From Alphaproteobacteria bacterium (GTDB lineage: Bacteria > Pseudomonadota > Alphaproteobacteria > Bin95), in the NCBI GenBank assembly GCA_965261985.1, contig OZ253490.1, forward strand, positions 3,730,631-3,794,630: a stretch of 64,000 bases of DNA, read 5' to 3'. The notes under the pieces are model-generated. The model saw nothing but the letters and a program-made list of their open reading frames with translations. It was not told the DNA's origin and ran no database searches. Position numbers and translations under genes: made by a program. Of this stretch, positions 56,067 to 64,000 are shown piece after piece (the stretch's first letter is position 1; each line of letters begins with the position of its first letter).

Positions 56067-56770
56067 CAGGAGCGCTGCCGCATACCGCCATGGTGCTCGC
56101 CGCCGGGCTCGGCTCGCGGCTCGGCGACGGGCCGCCGAAGCCGCTCCGGCGCGTCGCCGGCAAGGCGCTGATCGACCGCGCGCTGGACATGCTCGTCGAG
56201 GCCGGGGTCGAATGCGCCGTGGTCAACACGCACCACCGCGCGGACGAAATAGAGGCCCATCTGGCCGGACGGGTGCGGCCGGAAATCCGCATCTCCCGCG
56301 AGCCGCAACGGCTGGAGACCGGGGGCGGCGTTGCCCATGCGCGCGCGCTTTTGGGCGGCGAGCCGTTCTTCACCCTCAACTCCGACCTGGTATGGGGCCC
56401 GGACGGGGCCGAATGGCTCAGGCGGCTCGCAGCCGGATTCGATCCTCGCCGGATGGACGCGCTGCTGCTGCTCTACCCGACCGACCGGGCGGCCCACCAT
56501 GACGGACCCGGCGACTTCCACCTGGCGTCGGACGGACGGCTTTGCCGGCGGCAAGACCCGGAAACGGCGCCTTTCCTGTTCACCGGCGCGCAGATCCTGG
56601 CGCGGCACCTCTTCGACGACGCGCCGACCGGAGCCTGGCGGCTCACGCGCGCCTATGACCGGGCGGAAGCGGACGGAAAGCTTTTCGGCCTGGTGTGCGA
56701 CGGCGTCTGGCTGGATGCGGGCACACCGGAACGGCTCGCCCATGCCGAGCTTATACTGGCAAGCTCATGA
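56063..56770 (+). CDS. murU: N-acetylmuramate alpha-1-phosphate uridylyltransferase-like nucleotidyltransferase
   Basis: MVLAAGLGSRLGDGPPKPLRRVAGKALID is the nucleotidyltransferase G-loop. ATGA overlaps occur on both sides. Confidence 0.85.
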   Translation: MTGALPHTAMVLAAGLGSRLGDGPPKPLRRVAGKALIDRALDMLVEAGVECAVVNTHHRADEIEAHLAGRVRPEIRISREPQRLETGGGVAHARALLGGEPFFTLNSDLVWGPDGAEWLRRLAAGFDPRRMDALLLLYPTDRAAHHDGPGDFHLASDGRLCRRQDPETAPFLFTGAQILARHLFDDAPTGAWRLTRAYDRAEADGKLFGLVCDGVWLDAGTPERLAHAELILASS

Positions 56771-59694
56771 ATGTCGTTTCCATCCCCGCAGGCGCGCCGT
56801 TCCTGGAAACGCTGGCCGGCGCGCTCATCGAAAGCCCGACACTGGCCGACGACACGGTGCTCCTGCCGACGCACCGCGCCGGGCGCGCGCTCGTCGAGGC
56901 GTTCGCTGCGGCGGCGGATGGCGGGACGCTCCTGCTGCCGCGCATCCTCTCGCTCGGCGAGCTCGATCCCGACGAAATCGCCATTCGCGCCGAAGCCGAA
57001 CCGCAGCTTGCCGACGACCTCAGCCTGAAGCCGGCGATCCCGCCGCTCAGCCGCCGCCTGCTGCTGGCAAGGCTCGTCATGCAGCGCGAGGGGCAAATCC
57101 CTCCCGACCGGGCCCTGCAACTCGCCGGCGCGCTCGCCCGGCTGATCGACGAAGTGCAGTTCAACCGCCTGGATTTCAGCCGCCTCGACACGCTGGTGGC
57201 GGAAGAGTTCGCGGAGCACTGGCAGCAGACGCTGGACTTCCTCGCCATCGTCACGAAGTCCTGGCCGGACATTCTGGAGGAACAGGGGCGGCTCGACCCC
57301 ATCGACCGGCGCAACCGGCTCCATACGGCCCAAATCGCGCTTTGGCATAAGTCCCCGCCGGCGGGGCGCGTGGTCGCGGCCGGCTCCACGGGCATCATGC
57401 CGGCGACGGCGGACTTGCTGGCCTGCATCGCCGCCATGCCGCAAGGGCTGGTCGTGCTTCCGGGCCTCGACCGCCATCTCGACGACAAGGGCTGGAAGGC
57501 GCTCGAAGAAGGCCATCCGCAATGGGCGCTGAAGCGGCTGCTCGACCGGCTCGAGGTGGAGCGCGATGCGGTGCCGGACTGGCCGGAGCCTCGTCCCTCG
57601 CCCCGCAGCCGGCTCGTCGCGGAAGCCATGCGCCCGGCGGAAACGACCGAAGCCTGGCGCACCCTTGCGCCCGAACTCGGCGAAGGCGCCAAGGGCCTGA
57701 CCGTCGCCCGCTTCGCCAACCCCGCCGCAGAGGCAGGCGCCATTGCCCTCATGCTGCGCGAGGCGGCGGAACGCGGCGAAAGCGCCGCCCTGGTGACGCC
57801 CGACCGCGACCTCGGCCGGCGGGTCTCGGTGGAACTCGGGCGCTGGGGCCTCGCGGCCGACGACAGCGCCGGCACGCCGCTCGGCAGGACGCCGGTCGGC
57901 GCCTTCCTGCGCCTCGCGGCGCATGCGGCAGCGGAGAATTTCACCCCCGCCGAACTGCTCGCCGCACTCAAGCACCCGGTTGCGGCATGCGGCATGGAGC
58001 CGGCGCGGTTCCGGAGCGCCGTCCGCCGGCTGGAACGAAAGCTGCTGCGCGGCCCGCGCCCCGGCAACGGGCTGAACGGGCTGTTGGAAGCCGCGGACCG
58101 CTCGCAGGACGAACGGGTTGCGAAGACGGCGCGCCGGGTCGCCCGCGCCTTCGAGCCGCTTCAGGCGCTCCGGCAACGGCAAGAGGCGCCGCTTGCCGAT
58201 CTGCTGGCGGCGCATGTCGAGACGGCGCAGAACCTGGCGCGAGAAATGGAGCGATCCGGCGAGACCCGCCTCTGGCGCGGCGCCGACGGAGAAGCGGCGG
58301 CCGCGCTGCTGGCAGAATTCGAGGAAGCGGCGAAAGCCCACCCATCCGTCGCACCCGCCGACTATGCCGCGCTGTTCGACGAGCTGGTCGCCGGGCAGCC
58401 GGTGCGCCCGCCGCGCGCCCACCATCCGGGCCTCGCCATTCTGGGGCCCCTGGAAGCGCGGTTGCAACGCGTCGACCGGCTGGTGCTGGCCGGGCTGAAC
58501 CAGGGCGCGTGGCCGGCCGAACCGGCGCCCGACCCGTGGATGAGCCGCGAAATGCGCGAGCAGTTCGGCCTGCCGGCAGCGCAAACCCGGCAGGGCCTCG
58601 CGGCGCACGACTTCGCCCAGGCGCTCAACTCGGGCGAGGTCATCCTGACGCGCTCCGAGCGGGTGGGCACCGACCCGACCGTGCCGTCCCCCTGGCTGCA
58701 ACGGCTCGAAACCGTGCTGAAGGCGCTCGGACGCGATATCGAGGACCGGCGCTGGGCCGCCTGGCAGGCGGAGCTCGACCGGCCGGGCAGCGTGCAGCCT
58801 GCCGACCCGCCGAGGCCCTGCCCTCCGGTGGCAGCCCGCCCGCGCGAGCTCTCCGCCACCCGCGTGGTGACCTGGCTTGCCGACCCGTACAGCATCTTTG
58901 CCCGGCACATTCTCGGCCTGCGCCCGCTCGACCCCATCGACGCCGCCCCGGAAGCGCGCGAGTTCGGCTCGACGGTCCACGCGGCGCTGGAGCGCTTCAT
59001 GCGCGAATATCCGGGCCCGGACCTACCGGACGAAGCCTGGGGCCGCCTGCTTGCCATCGGCGCAGAAGCGTTCGCCGAATTCGGGGACCGTCCGTTGGCG
59101 GCGGTCTTCTGGAACCGGCGCTTCGGGCGCGCGGCCCGGAATGTGTTCGACATCGAGAGGGAGCGCCGGCCCGGCATCGAACGCATCCTGACCGAAATCG
59201 CGGGCAAGACGCGGTTCGACTGCCCGGCAGGCCCGTTCATCCTCACGGCGCGTGCGGACCGGGTGGAATTGCGGACCGGCGCCGGGCTCGTCATCGTCGA
59301 TTACAAGTCCGGCAATCCGCCCTCGGCGACAGCGGTGGTCGCAGGCACGGCGCGGCAATTGCCCATCGAAGCCATGATCGCCGAGGACGGCGGCTTTCCC
59401 GACTGTCCGGCGGACGCCGCTGCCGCGCTGGAATACTGGCGCACCGGCGGCGGGCGCGCCGACCGCGCCGCGCCGACCGTCATCGCCACAGCGGACGCCG
59501 CCGAGGGCAGGAGGCGCGCGCCCTACAACGCCCCTGCGCTGGTCGAGGCGACCCGCGAGGGCATCGGGCGCTTCGCCGCGGCCTTCGACGACCAAGGCAT
59601 GCCCTATCTCGCGGAGCCGAGGCCGGATTTCGCCGGCGCCTACAACGATTACCGGCATCTTTCGAGGAAGGACGAATGGTCGCGGCGGCTCTGA
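56767..59694 (+). CDS. addB: Double-strand break repair protein AddB (alphaproteobacterial type)
   Basis: MNVVSIPAGAPFLETLAGAL... About 975 aa, with the C-terminal PD-(D/E)xK-like region ...LVIVDYKSGNPP. Confidence 0.9.
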   Translation: MNVVSIPAGAPFLETLAGALIESPTLADDTVLLPTHRAGRALVEAFAAAADGGTLLLPRILSLGELDPDEIAIRAEAEPQLADDLSLKPAIPPLSRRLLLARLVMQREGQIPPDRALQLAGALARLIDEVQFNRLDFSRLDTLVAEEFAEHWQQTLDFLAIVTKSWPDILEEQGRLDPIDRRNRLHTAQIALWHKSPPAGRVVAAGSTGIMPATADLLACIAAMPQGLVVLPGLDRHLDDKGWKALEEGHPQWALKRLLDRLEVERDAVPDWPEPRPSPRSRLVAEAMRPAETTEAWRTLAPELGEGAKGLTVARFANPAAEAGAIALMLREAAERGESAALVTPDRDLGRRVSVELGRWGLAADDSAGTPLGRTPVGAFLRLAAHAAAENFTPAELLAALKHPVAACGMEPARFRSAVRRLERKLLRGPRPGNGLNGLLEAADRSQDERVAKTARRVARAFEPLQALRQRQEAPLADLLAAHVETAQNLAREMERSGETRLWRGADGEAAAALLAEFEEAAKAHPSVAPADYAALFDELVAGQPVRPPRAHHPGLAILGPLEARLQRVDRLVLAGLNQGAWPAEPAPDPWMSREMREQFGLPAAQTRQGLAAHDFAQALNSGEVILTRSERVGTDPTVPSPWLQRLETVLKALGRDIEDRRWAAWQAELDRPGSVQPADPPRPCPPVAARPRELSATRVVTWLADPYSIFARHILGLRPLDPIDAAPEAREFGSTVHAALERFMREYPGPDLPDEAWGRLLAIGAEAFAEFGDRPLAAVFWNRRFGRAARNVFDIERERRPGIERILTEIAGKTRFDCPAGPFILTARADRVELRTGAGLVIVDYKSGNPPSATAVVAGTARQLPIEAMIAEDGGFPDCPADAAAALEYWRTGGGRADRAAPTVIATADAAEGRRRAPYNAPALVEATREGIGRFAAAFDDQGMPYLAEPRPDFAGAYNDYRHLSRKDEWSRRL

Positions 59695-62600
59695 ACCCGG
59701 CGGTCGAGGCCGCAACCGCGCAACAGCGGCGGGCCGCCGACCCGGCGACCTCGGCCTGGGTGGACGCCAATGCGGGCTCCGGCAAGACCAAGGTGCTCGC
59801 CGACCGCGTGCTGGCGCTGCTGCTGCAGGGCACCCTGCCGGAACGCATCCTCTGCCTCACCTATACCCGCGCGGCCGCGGCTGAAATGCGCATCCGCATA
59901 GAGCGCGACCTGGCCGGATGGGCGACGGCCTCCGACGAAGAACTTGCGCCTGCGCTCGCCCGGCTCGGCCTCGAAGCCCCGGACGGCGACATGCGGGACC
60001 GCGCAAGGCGGCTCTTCGCCCGTGTCGTCGATGCGCCGGTCGGCCTTCGCATCGACACGATCCATGCCTTTTGCCAGAGCCTGCTCGGGCGGTTCCCCAT
60101 CGAAGCCGGGGTCTCGCCCTGGTTCCAGCTTGCCGACGAGCGCGAGGCGCTGTCCATGCAGGCGGGCGCCCGCGACGCCGTTCTGGAGCGGGGCGGAGAC
60201 GGCATCGACGCCGCCGCCGCACAGGTCGCCGACAACCTGGCGGAAACCAATATCCGTGCGTTCGTCGCTGAACTGTTGGGCAATCGCAGCGCGCTGGGTC
60301 CGCTGGCGCTCGCCGCGCTGGAGAGCAGGCTGGTCCTGCCCGAGGTTCCACAAAGGACGAAGGCGCAGGCGAAGGCTCTCCGGGAGGCGGCGTCGATCCT
60401 GGACAGCGGAGCCAAGACCGACAAGGACCACGCTGGACGCCTGCGGGACTGGGCGGAGATGGACGATCCTTCCGATGACGACATCGAGGAGGTCCGCAAG
60501 GTCTTCTACAAGTCGGACGGCCAGCCGCGCGACGAAATCGGCACGAAGCGGCTCGCGGGCCGCGAACGCCTGCCGGGCCTGCTGGAAGCGGAGCACCAGC
60601 GGATCGAGCGGCTGCGCGAGCACAGCCGGATCGAGGCCACGCTCAACGCATCCAGGGCGGCGCTGGCGCTCGGGGAGGCGGTGGACCGCGATTACCGCAG
60701 GTCCAAGCGCCGGGCCGGACTGCTCGACTACGATGACCTGATCGAGAGCGCGCTCGGCCTGCTGCGCACCTATTCCGCTGCCTGGGTTCACTACAAGCTC
60801 GACCGGGGCATCGACCATGTGCTGATCGACGAGGCGCAGGACACCAGCCCCACGCAATGGGGGCTGGTCGAGGCGCTGACGCAGGAATTCTTCGCCGGCG
60901 AAGGGGCGCGCGAGGTGACGCGCACGCTCTTCGCCGTCGGCGACCCCAAGCAGTCGATTTACCGCTTCCAGGGCGCGGAGCCGGCGCGCTTCGAGGTCAT
61001 GCGCCGAGAGTTCGAGAGGCAGGCGCAGGACGCCGGACAGGGCTGGCAGAATGTCGCGCTGGAAGTCTCCTTCCGCGCCGCGCCGGTGCTTCTGGAAGCC
61101 GTGGACATGGTGTTCGCCGGCGAGGACAGGCTGGACCTCGGCCTTGAGGGCCCGGCGCCCGCCCACAAGCCCAGCCGCAGCGGCGCCGGCGGGCGCGTGG
61201 AGATCTGGCCGCTCGAAATGGGCGAGAAGCAGGAGGCCGGAGACCCGTTCGATCCGCCCATGGACTATCTCCGCGAGGACGCCGCCGAAACCGCCTTGGC
61301 CGACCGGGTTGCGCGACGCATCGCCGCCTGGCTCGACCGGGGCGAGCCGGTCGCGCCCGGCGGCCGACGCATGCGGCCGGGCGACATCATGATCCTGCTG
61401 CCGCGCCGCTCGGGCCGGGCCTTCATCCCGCGCGTCATCGCGGCGCTCAAGCAACACCGCGTGCCCGTCGCCGGCATCGACCGCATGACGCTGGCGGACG
61501 AACTCGCGGTAATGGACCTGGCCGCCATCGGCGACTTCGCCCTGCTGCCGGAGGACGACCTGACGCTCGCGACGGTGCTCAAGGGGCCGCTGTTCGGCTT
61601 CGACGACGAGGCGCTGTTCGAGCTCGCCCACGGCCGGAAGGGCACGCTCTGGGCTGCACTCCGCTTGCGCCGCGGCACGGAGCGCTTCGGCCCCTGCTTC
61701 CAGGCGTTGGGCGCGCTGCTCGGCAAGGCGGACTATGTCGGCGTCCATGCCTTCTTTGCGGGCCTGCTGGCGGAAGGCGGCCTGCGCCGCAAGATCGCGG
61801 CCCGGCTGGGCGAGGAAGCCAACGACCCGATAGACGAGTTCCTGAATGCCGCGCTCGACTATGAGCGCCGCCACCCGCCGAGCCTGCAGGGCTTCCTGCA
61901 CTGGCTGCGAAGCGGCGAGGCGGAGGTGAAACGACAACTCGACCAGCGGGACCCCAACGAGGTGCGGGTGAGCACCGTTCATGGCGCCAAGGGGCTGGAG
62001 GCGCCGGTGGTGATCCTGCCCGACACCACGGGAATGAGGACCTCGCGCAACGACCCGCATTTGCTGCGCGAGGGAGACCTGCTGCTCTGGCCGCCTTCCA
62101 AGGGCAAGGACGCGATCGACCCCGAGTCGAAACGGCTGCTGGAAGCGCACCGCAAGGCCGACGGCGAGGAGCGCCGCCGCCTGCTCTATGTCGCGATGAC
62201 CCGCGCGGCGGACCGGCTGGTGGTATGCGGCTGGAACAACAGCGGCAAGGACCTGCCCGAGGACTGCTGGTACCATGCCGTGCGGAACAGGCTGGCGGAC
62301 CGCATGGCGCCCGAGGACGACCCCGACTGGGACGAGCCCCTGCTGGTCATGGAGCGGCGAGCCGAGGACTCCGAAGCGGACGCCGGGTCCAAGCACCGGG
62401 AGACCGCGCCTCCCCTGCCCGGCTGGGCGCGGCGGCCCGCCCCTCCGAGCCGGATTGCGGGCCCGCCCGGCGGCAGCGGCGAGGAGGCGTTCGCGGTCGC
62501 CTCCCCGCTGCGCGGCAAGTCCGCCGGCCGGTTCCGGCGCGGCCAGGCGATCCACAAGCTGCTGGAGCTGCTGCCGGAAATCGCCCCCGAGCGGCGCCTC

Positions 62601-63014
62601 GAAACCGCCCGCAGGTTCCTCGCGGCCGAGCCGGAGCTTGCAAGGCACGCCGAGGCAACGGCCCGCGAGGCGTTGGCAGTGCTCGACGATCCCGCCTTCC
62701 GCCGCGTATTCGGCCCCGGCAGCCGGGCCGAAGCGCCGCTGGTCGGCCGACTCGGCGGCGAAATCGTGAGCGCCCGGATAGACCGGCTGGCGCTGCTGCC
62801 GGAAGAGACGCTGATCGTCGATTTCAAGAGCGGGCGCGCCCTGCCCGCCGATCCCTCCGAGGCGCCCGCGGAATATCTGCGGCAATTGGCGCGTTATGTG
62901 GCGCTGTTGAGGCAGATGCGGCCCGATTGTCCCGTCCATGCAGCCCTGCTCTGGACCGAGGCGCCGTTGCTGATGCCAATTCCGCAGAGCTGCCTTGCGC
63001 CATATATGCCTTGA
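59685..63014 (+). CDS. addA: Double-strand break repair helicase/nuclease AddA
   Basis: Walker A is AWVDANAGSGKTKVLADRVLALL. The UvrD-like helicase motifs are TYTRAAAAEMRIRI, VLIDEAQDTSPTQW and TVHGAKGLEAPVVILPD. The C-terminal nuclease is IVDFKSGRALP. Confidence 0.9.
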   Translation, partial: AALNPAVEAATAQQRRAADPATSAWVDANAGSGKTKVLADRVLALLLQGTLPERILCLTYTRAAAAEMRIRIERDLAGWATASDEELAPALARLGLEAPDGDMRDRARRLFARVVDAPVGLRIDTIHAFCQSLLGRFPIEAGVSPWFQLADEREALSMQAGARDAVLERGGDGIDAAAAQVADNLAETNIRAFVAELLGNRSALGPLALAALESRLVLPEVPQRTKAQAKALREAASILDSGAKTDKDHAGRLRDWAEMDDPSDDDIEEVRKVFYKSDGQPRDEIGTKRLAGRERLPGLLEAEHQRIERLREHSRIEATLNASRAALALGEAVDRDYRRSKRRAGLLDYDDLIESALGLLRTYSAAWVHYKLDRGIDHVLIDEAQDTSPTQWGLVEALTQEFFAGEGAREVTRTLFAVGDPKQSIYRFQGAEPARFEVMRREFERQAQDAGQGWQNVALEVSFRAAPVLLEAVDMVFAGEDRLDLGLEGPAPAHKPSRSGAGGRVEIWPLEMGEKQEAGDPFDPPMDYLREDAAETALADRVARRIAAWLDRGEPVAPGGRRMRPGDIMILLPRRSGRAFIPRVIAALKQHRVPVAGIDRMTLADELAVMDLAAIGDFALLPEDDLTLATVLKGPLFGFDDEALFELAHGRKGTLWAALRLRRGTERFGPCFQALGALLGKADYVGVHAFFAGLLAEGGLRRKIAARLGEEANDPIDEFLNAALDYERRHPPSLQGFLHWLRSGEAEVKRQLDQRDPNEVRVSTVHGAKGLEAPVVILPDTTGMRTSRNDPHLLREGDLLLWPPSKGKDAIDPESKRLLEAHRKADGEERRRLLYVAMTRAADRLVVCGWNNSGKDLPEDCWYHAVRNRLADRMAPEDDPDWDEPLLVMERRAEDSEADAGSKHRETAPPLPGWARRPAPPSRIAGPPGGSGEEAFAVASPLRGKSAGRFRRGQAIHKLLELLPEIAPERRLETARRFLAAEPELARHAEATAREALAVLDDPAFRRVFGPGSRAEAPLVGRLGGEIVSARIDRLALLPEETLIVDFKSGRALPADPSEAPAEYLRQLARYVALLRQMRPDCPVHAALLWTEAPLLMPIPQSCLAPYMP

Positions 63015-63070
63015 CGCCTCCCCCCTTTGCCGCCACTTGAAGGCGAAAAGCAGGCGACTCCACGGGAGAG

Positions 63071-63397
63071 ATGGGCATGGCCACTCGGCACACCACGGAT
63101 GCGAATTTCGATGAGGACGTCAGGCAGGCTGGCAAGCCGGTCGTGGTCGATTTCTGGGCCGAATGGTGCGGCCCCTGCAAGCAGATCGCGCCTTTCCTCG
63201 AAGACATCGCGACCGAGATGGAAGAACGGCTCGATGTCGTGAAGGTCAATATCGACGACAATCCCAGGACCCCGGGCGAACTCGGCGTTCGCGGCATCCC
63301 GACGCTCATGGTGTTCCGGGATGGCGAGATGGTCGCACAGCGCGTCGGCGCCTTGCCCAAGAGCGCGCTGAAGCAGTGGCTCGACTCAGTCGTCTGA
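63071..63397 (+). CDS. trxA: Thioredoxin
   Basis: VVVDFWAEWCGPCKQIAPFLEDIA...GIPTLMVF. The start may be the ATG at 63077. Confidence 0.92.
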   Translation: MGMATRHTTDANFDEDVRQAGKPVVVDFWAEWCGPCKQIAPFLEDIATEMEERLDVVKVNIDDNPRTPGELGVRGIPTLMVFRDGEMVAQRVGALPKSALKQWLDSVV

Positions 63398-64000
63398 ACG
63401 CGCCGCCAGCACCGCGCCGGCGAGGTAGAGCGAGCCGGCGATCAACACCGGCCTAACGCCCGCGAGGCGCCTGAGAGCCGTTTCCGCATCGGGCGCGGCC
63501 GAGGCCCTCATGCCGACGGTCCGCGCCGTTTCCGCCAGCGCTTCGGCGGGCACGGAGGCCGCGCTGCCGGGCACGGGCACCGTCACGGTCCGTTCGATAT
63601 GGGGCGCCAGCGCCGCGAGGAACCGGTCGCGGTCCTTGGTGTCCAGCATTCCGACAACGAGATCGAAGCGCTCCGGACGCCCGGCCAGCCATTTCGCCAG
63701 CACGCGGCCCGCTGCCGGGTTGTGGCCGCCGTCGAGCCAGATTTCGGGCACCTCCGAGAGCCGCTGCAGCCGCGCCGGCCAGTGCGCATTTTCGAGGCCG
63801 CGAAGAAGCGCCGCCTCGGGCAGGCCGAAACCTTCGAGACAGGCAAGCGCGAGGCCGGCATTGCCTGCCTGGTGCGCGCCGGCGAGGCCCAACTCCGGCA
63901 AGGCGAGCTTCATCCGGCGCCCGTGGAACATGCCCTCCGACACCCGCCAGTCGTCATAGACCGGCGCGCCTTCGTGTGCCGCCTTCGCCAGGATGACGGC
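63386..64000 (-). CDS. folC: Bifunctional folylpolyglutamate synthase/dihydrofolate synthase, C-terminal part only; N-terminus lies beyond the window end
   Basis: ...HQAGNAGLALACLE...PEIWLDGGHNPAAGRVLAKWL...VGMLDTKD...VLIAGSLYLAG. The reading frame stays open through position 64000. Confidence 0.85.
   Translation of the reverse strand, partial: AVILAKAAHEGAPVYDDWRVSEGMFHGRRMKLALPELGLAGAHQAGNAGLALACLEGFGLPEAALLRGLENAHWPARLQRLSEVPEIWLDGGHNPAAGRVLAKWLAGRPERFDLVVGMLDTKDRDRFLAALAPHIERTVTVPVPGSAASVPAEALAETARTVGMRASAAPDAETALRRLAGVRPVLIAGSLYLAGAVLAARSDD

Noticed and set aside
56653-62939. 775-aa and 1096-aa minus-strand ORFs, and a 1830-aa plus-strand ORF, overlapping addB/addA
   Set aside because: The minus-strand ORFs are antisense to AddB/AddA. 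The 1830-aa plus ORF is just the addA frame open far upstream of its real start (59685), inside addB.

Overview
This is a ~67% GC alphaproteobacterial chromosomal window, apparently Rhizobiales-like. The conserved gene order sdhCDAB, glyQ-glyS-ppdK and tsaE-amgK-murU-addB-addA-trxA-folC supports that placement. It is a mosaic of core housekeeping genes and a heavy load of mobile DNA. **1-9190** is an insertion-sequence nest. It holds a window-truncated IS1595-family transposase gene, an IS66-family single-ORF element whose left end is missing, an internally deleted IS110 transposase pseudogene, and one IS21 element (with bounding inverted repeats) inserted into the istB of another. **9190-15385** looks like a small integrative island. 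It carries an orphan 797-aa hypothetical protein, a frameshifted ISNCY-type transposase element and a tyrosine recombinase, with no tRNA detected nearby. **15386-34650** is a long minus-strand run of tightly packed or overlapping genes: an SLC13/DASS transporter, sdhBADC, ppdK, glyS/glyQ, an S49 peptidase, gpmA, an LLM oxidoreductase, a PLP serine/threonine dehydratase, PhzF, a 2-keto-4-pentenoate hydratase and an elongation-factor-G paralog that lacks the switch-II histidine. A divergent fumarylacetoacetate hydrolase gene sits at the end. **34676-35337** holds a leaderless two-gene module, a small protein plus a wHTH regulator, that resembles a toxin-antitoxin-like pair with a promoter-embedded palindrome. 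**35497-37101** is a second, ~90%-identical, inverted copy of the IS66-family element, so the two copies bracket ~33 kb of core genes. Downstream come DUF4167-clpB, an enoyl-CoA hydratase and hyuB/hyuA. They are followed by a repeat-rich intergenic zone (TGTCATG heptamer arrays and a relic copy of the 3' end of a dimethylglycine-dehydrogenase-like gene). A lower-GC insertion then carries a frameshifted IS1634 transposase and a split GmrS/GmrD-like (DUF262 + DUF1524) type IV restriction module. The window ends with the dimethylglycine-dehydrogenase-like gene, an N-formylglutamate amidohydrolase, a ferredoxin-NADP reductase, the translationally coupled tsaE-amgK-murU-addB-addA block, trxA and a partial folC. 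Many very long ORFs in the six-frame track are antisense or off-frame artefacts of the high GC content. No rRNA, tRNA or CRISPR array was recognised. Coordinates follow the ORF track; where I placed starts by hand they may be off by one.
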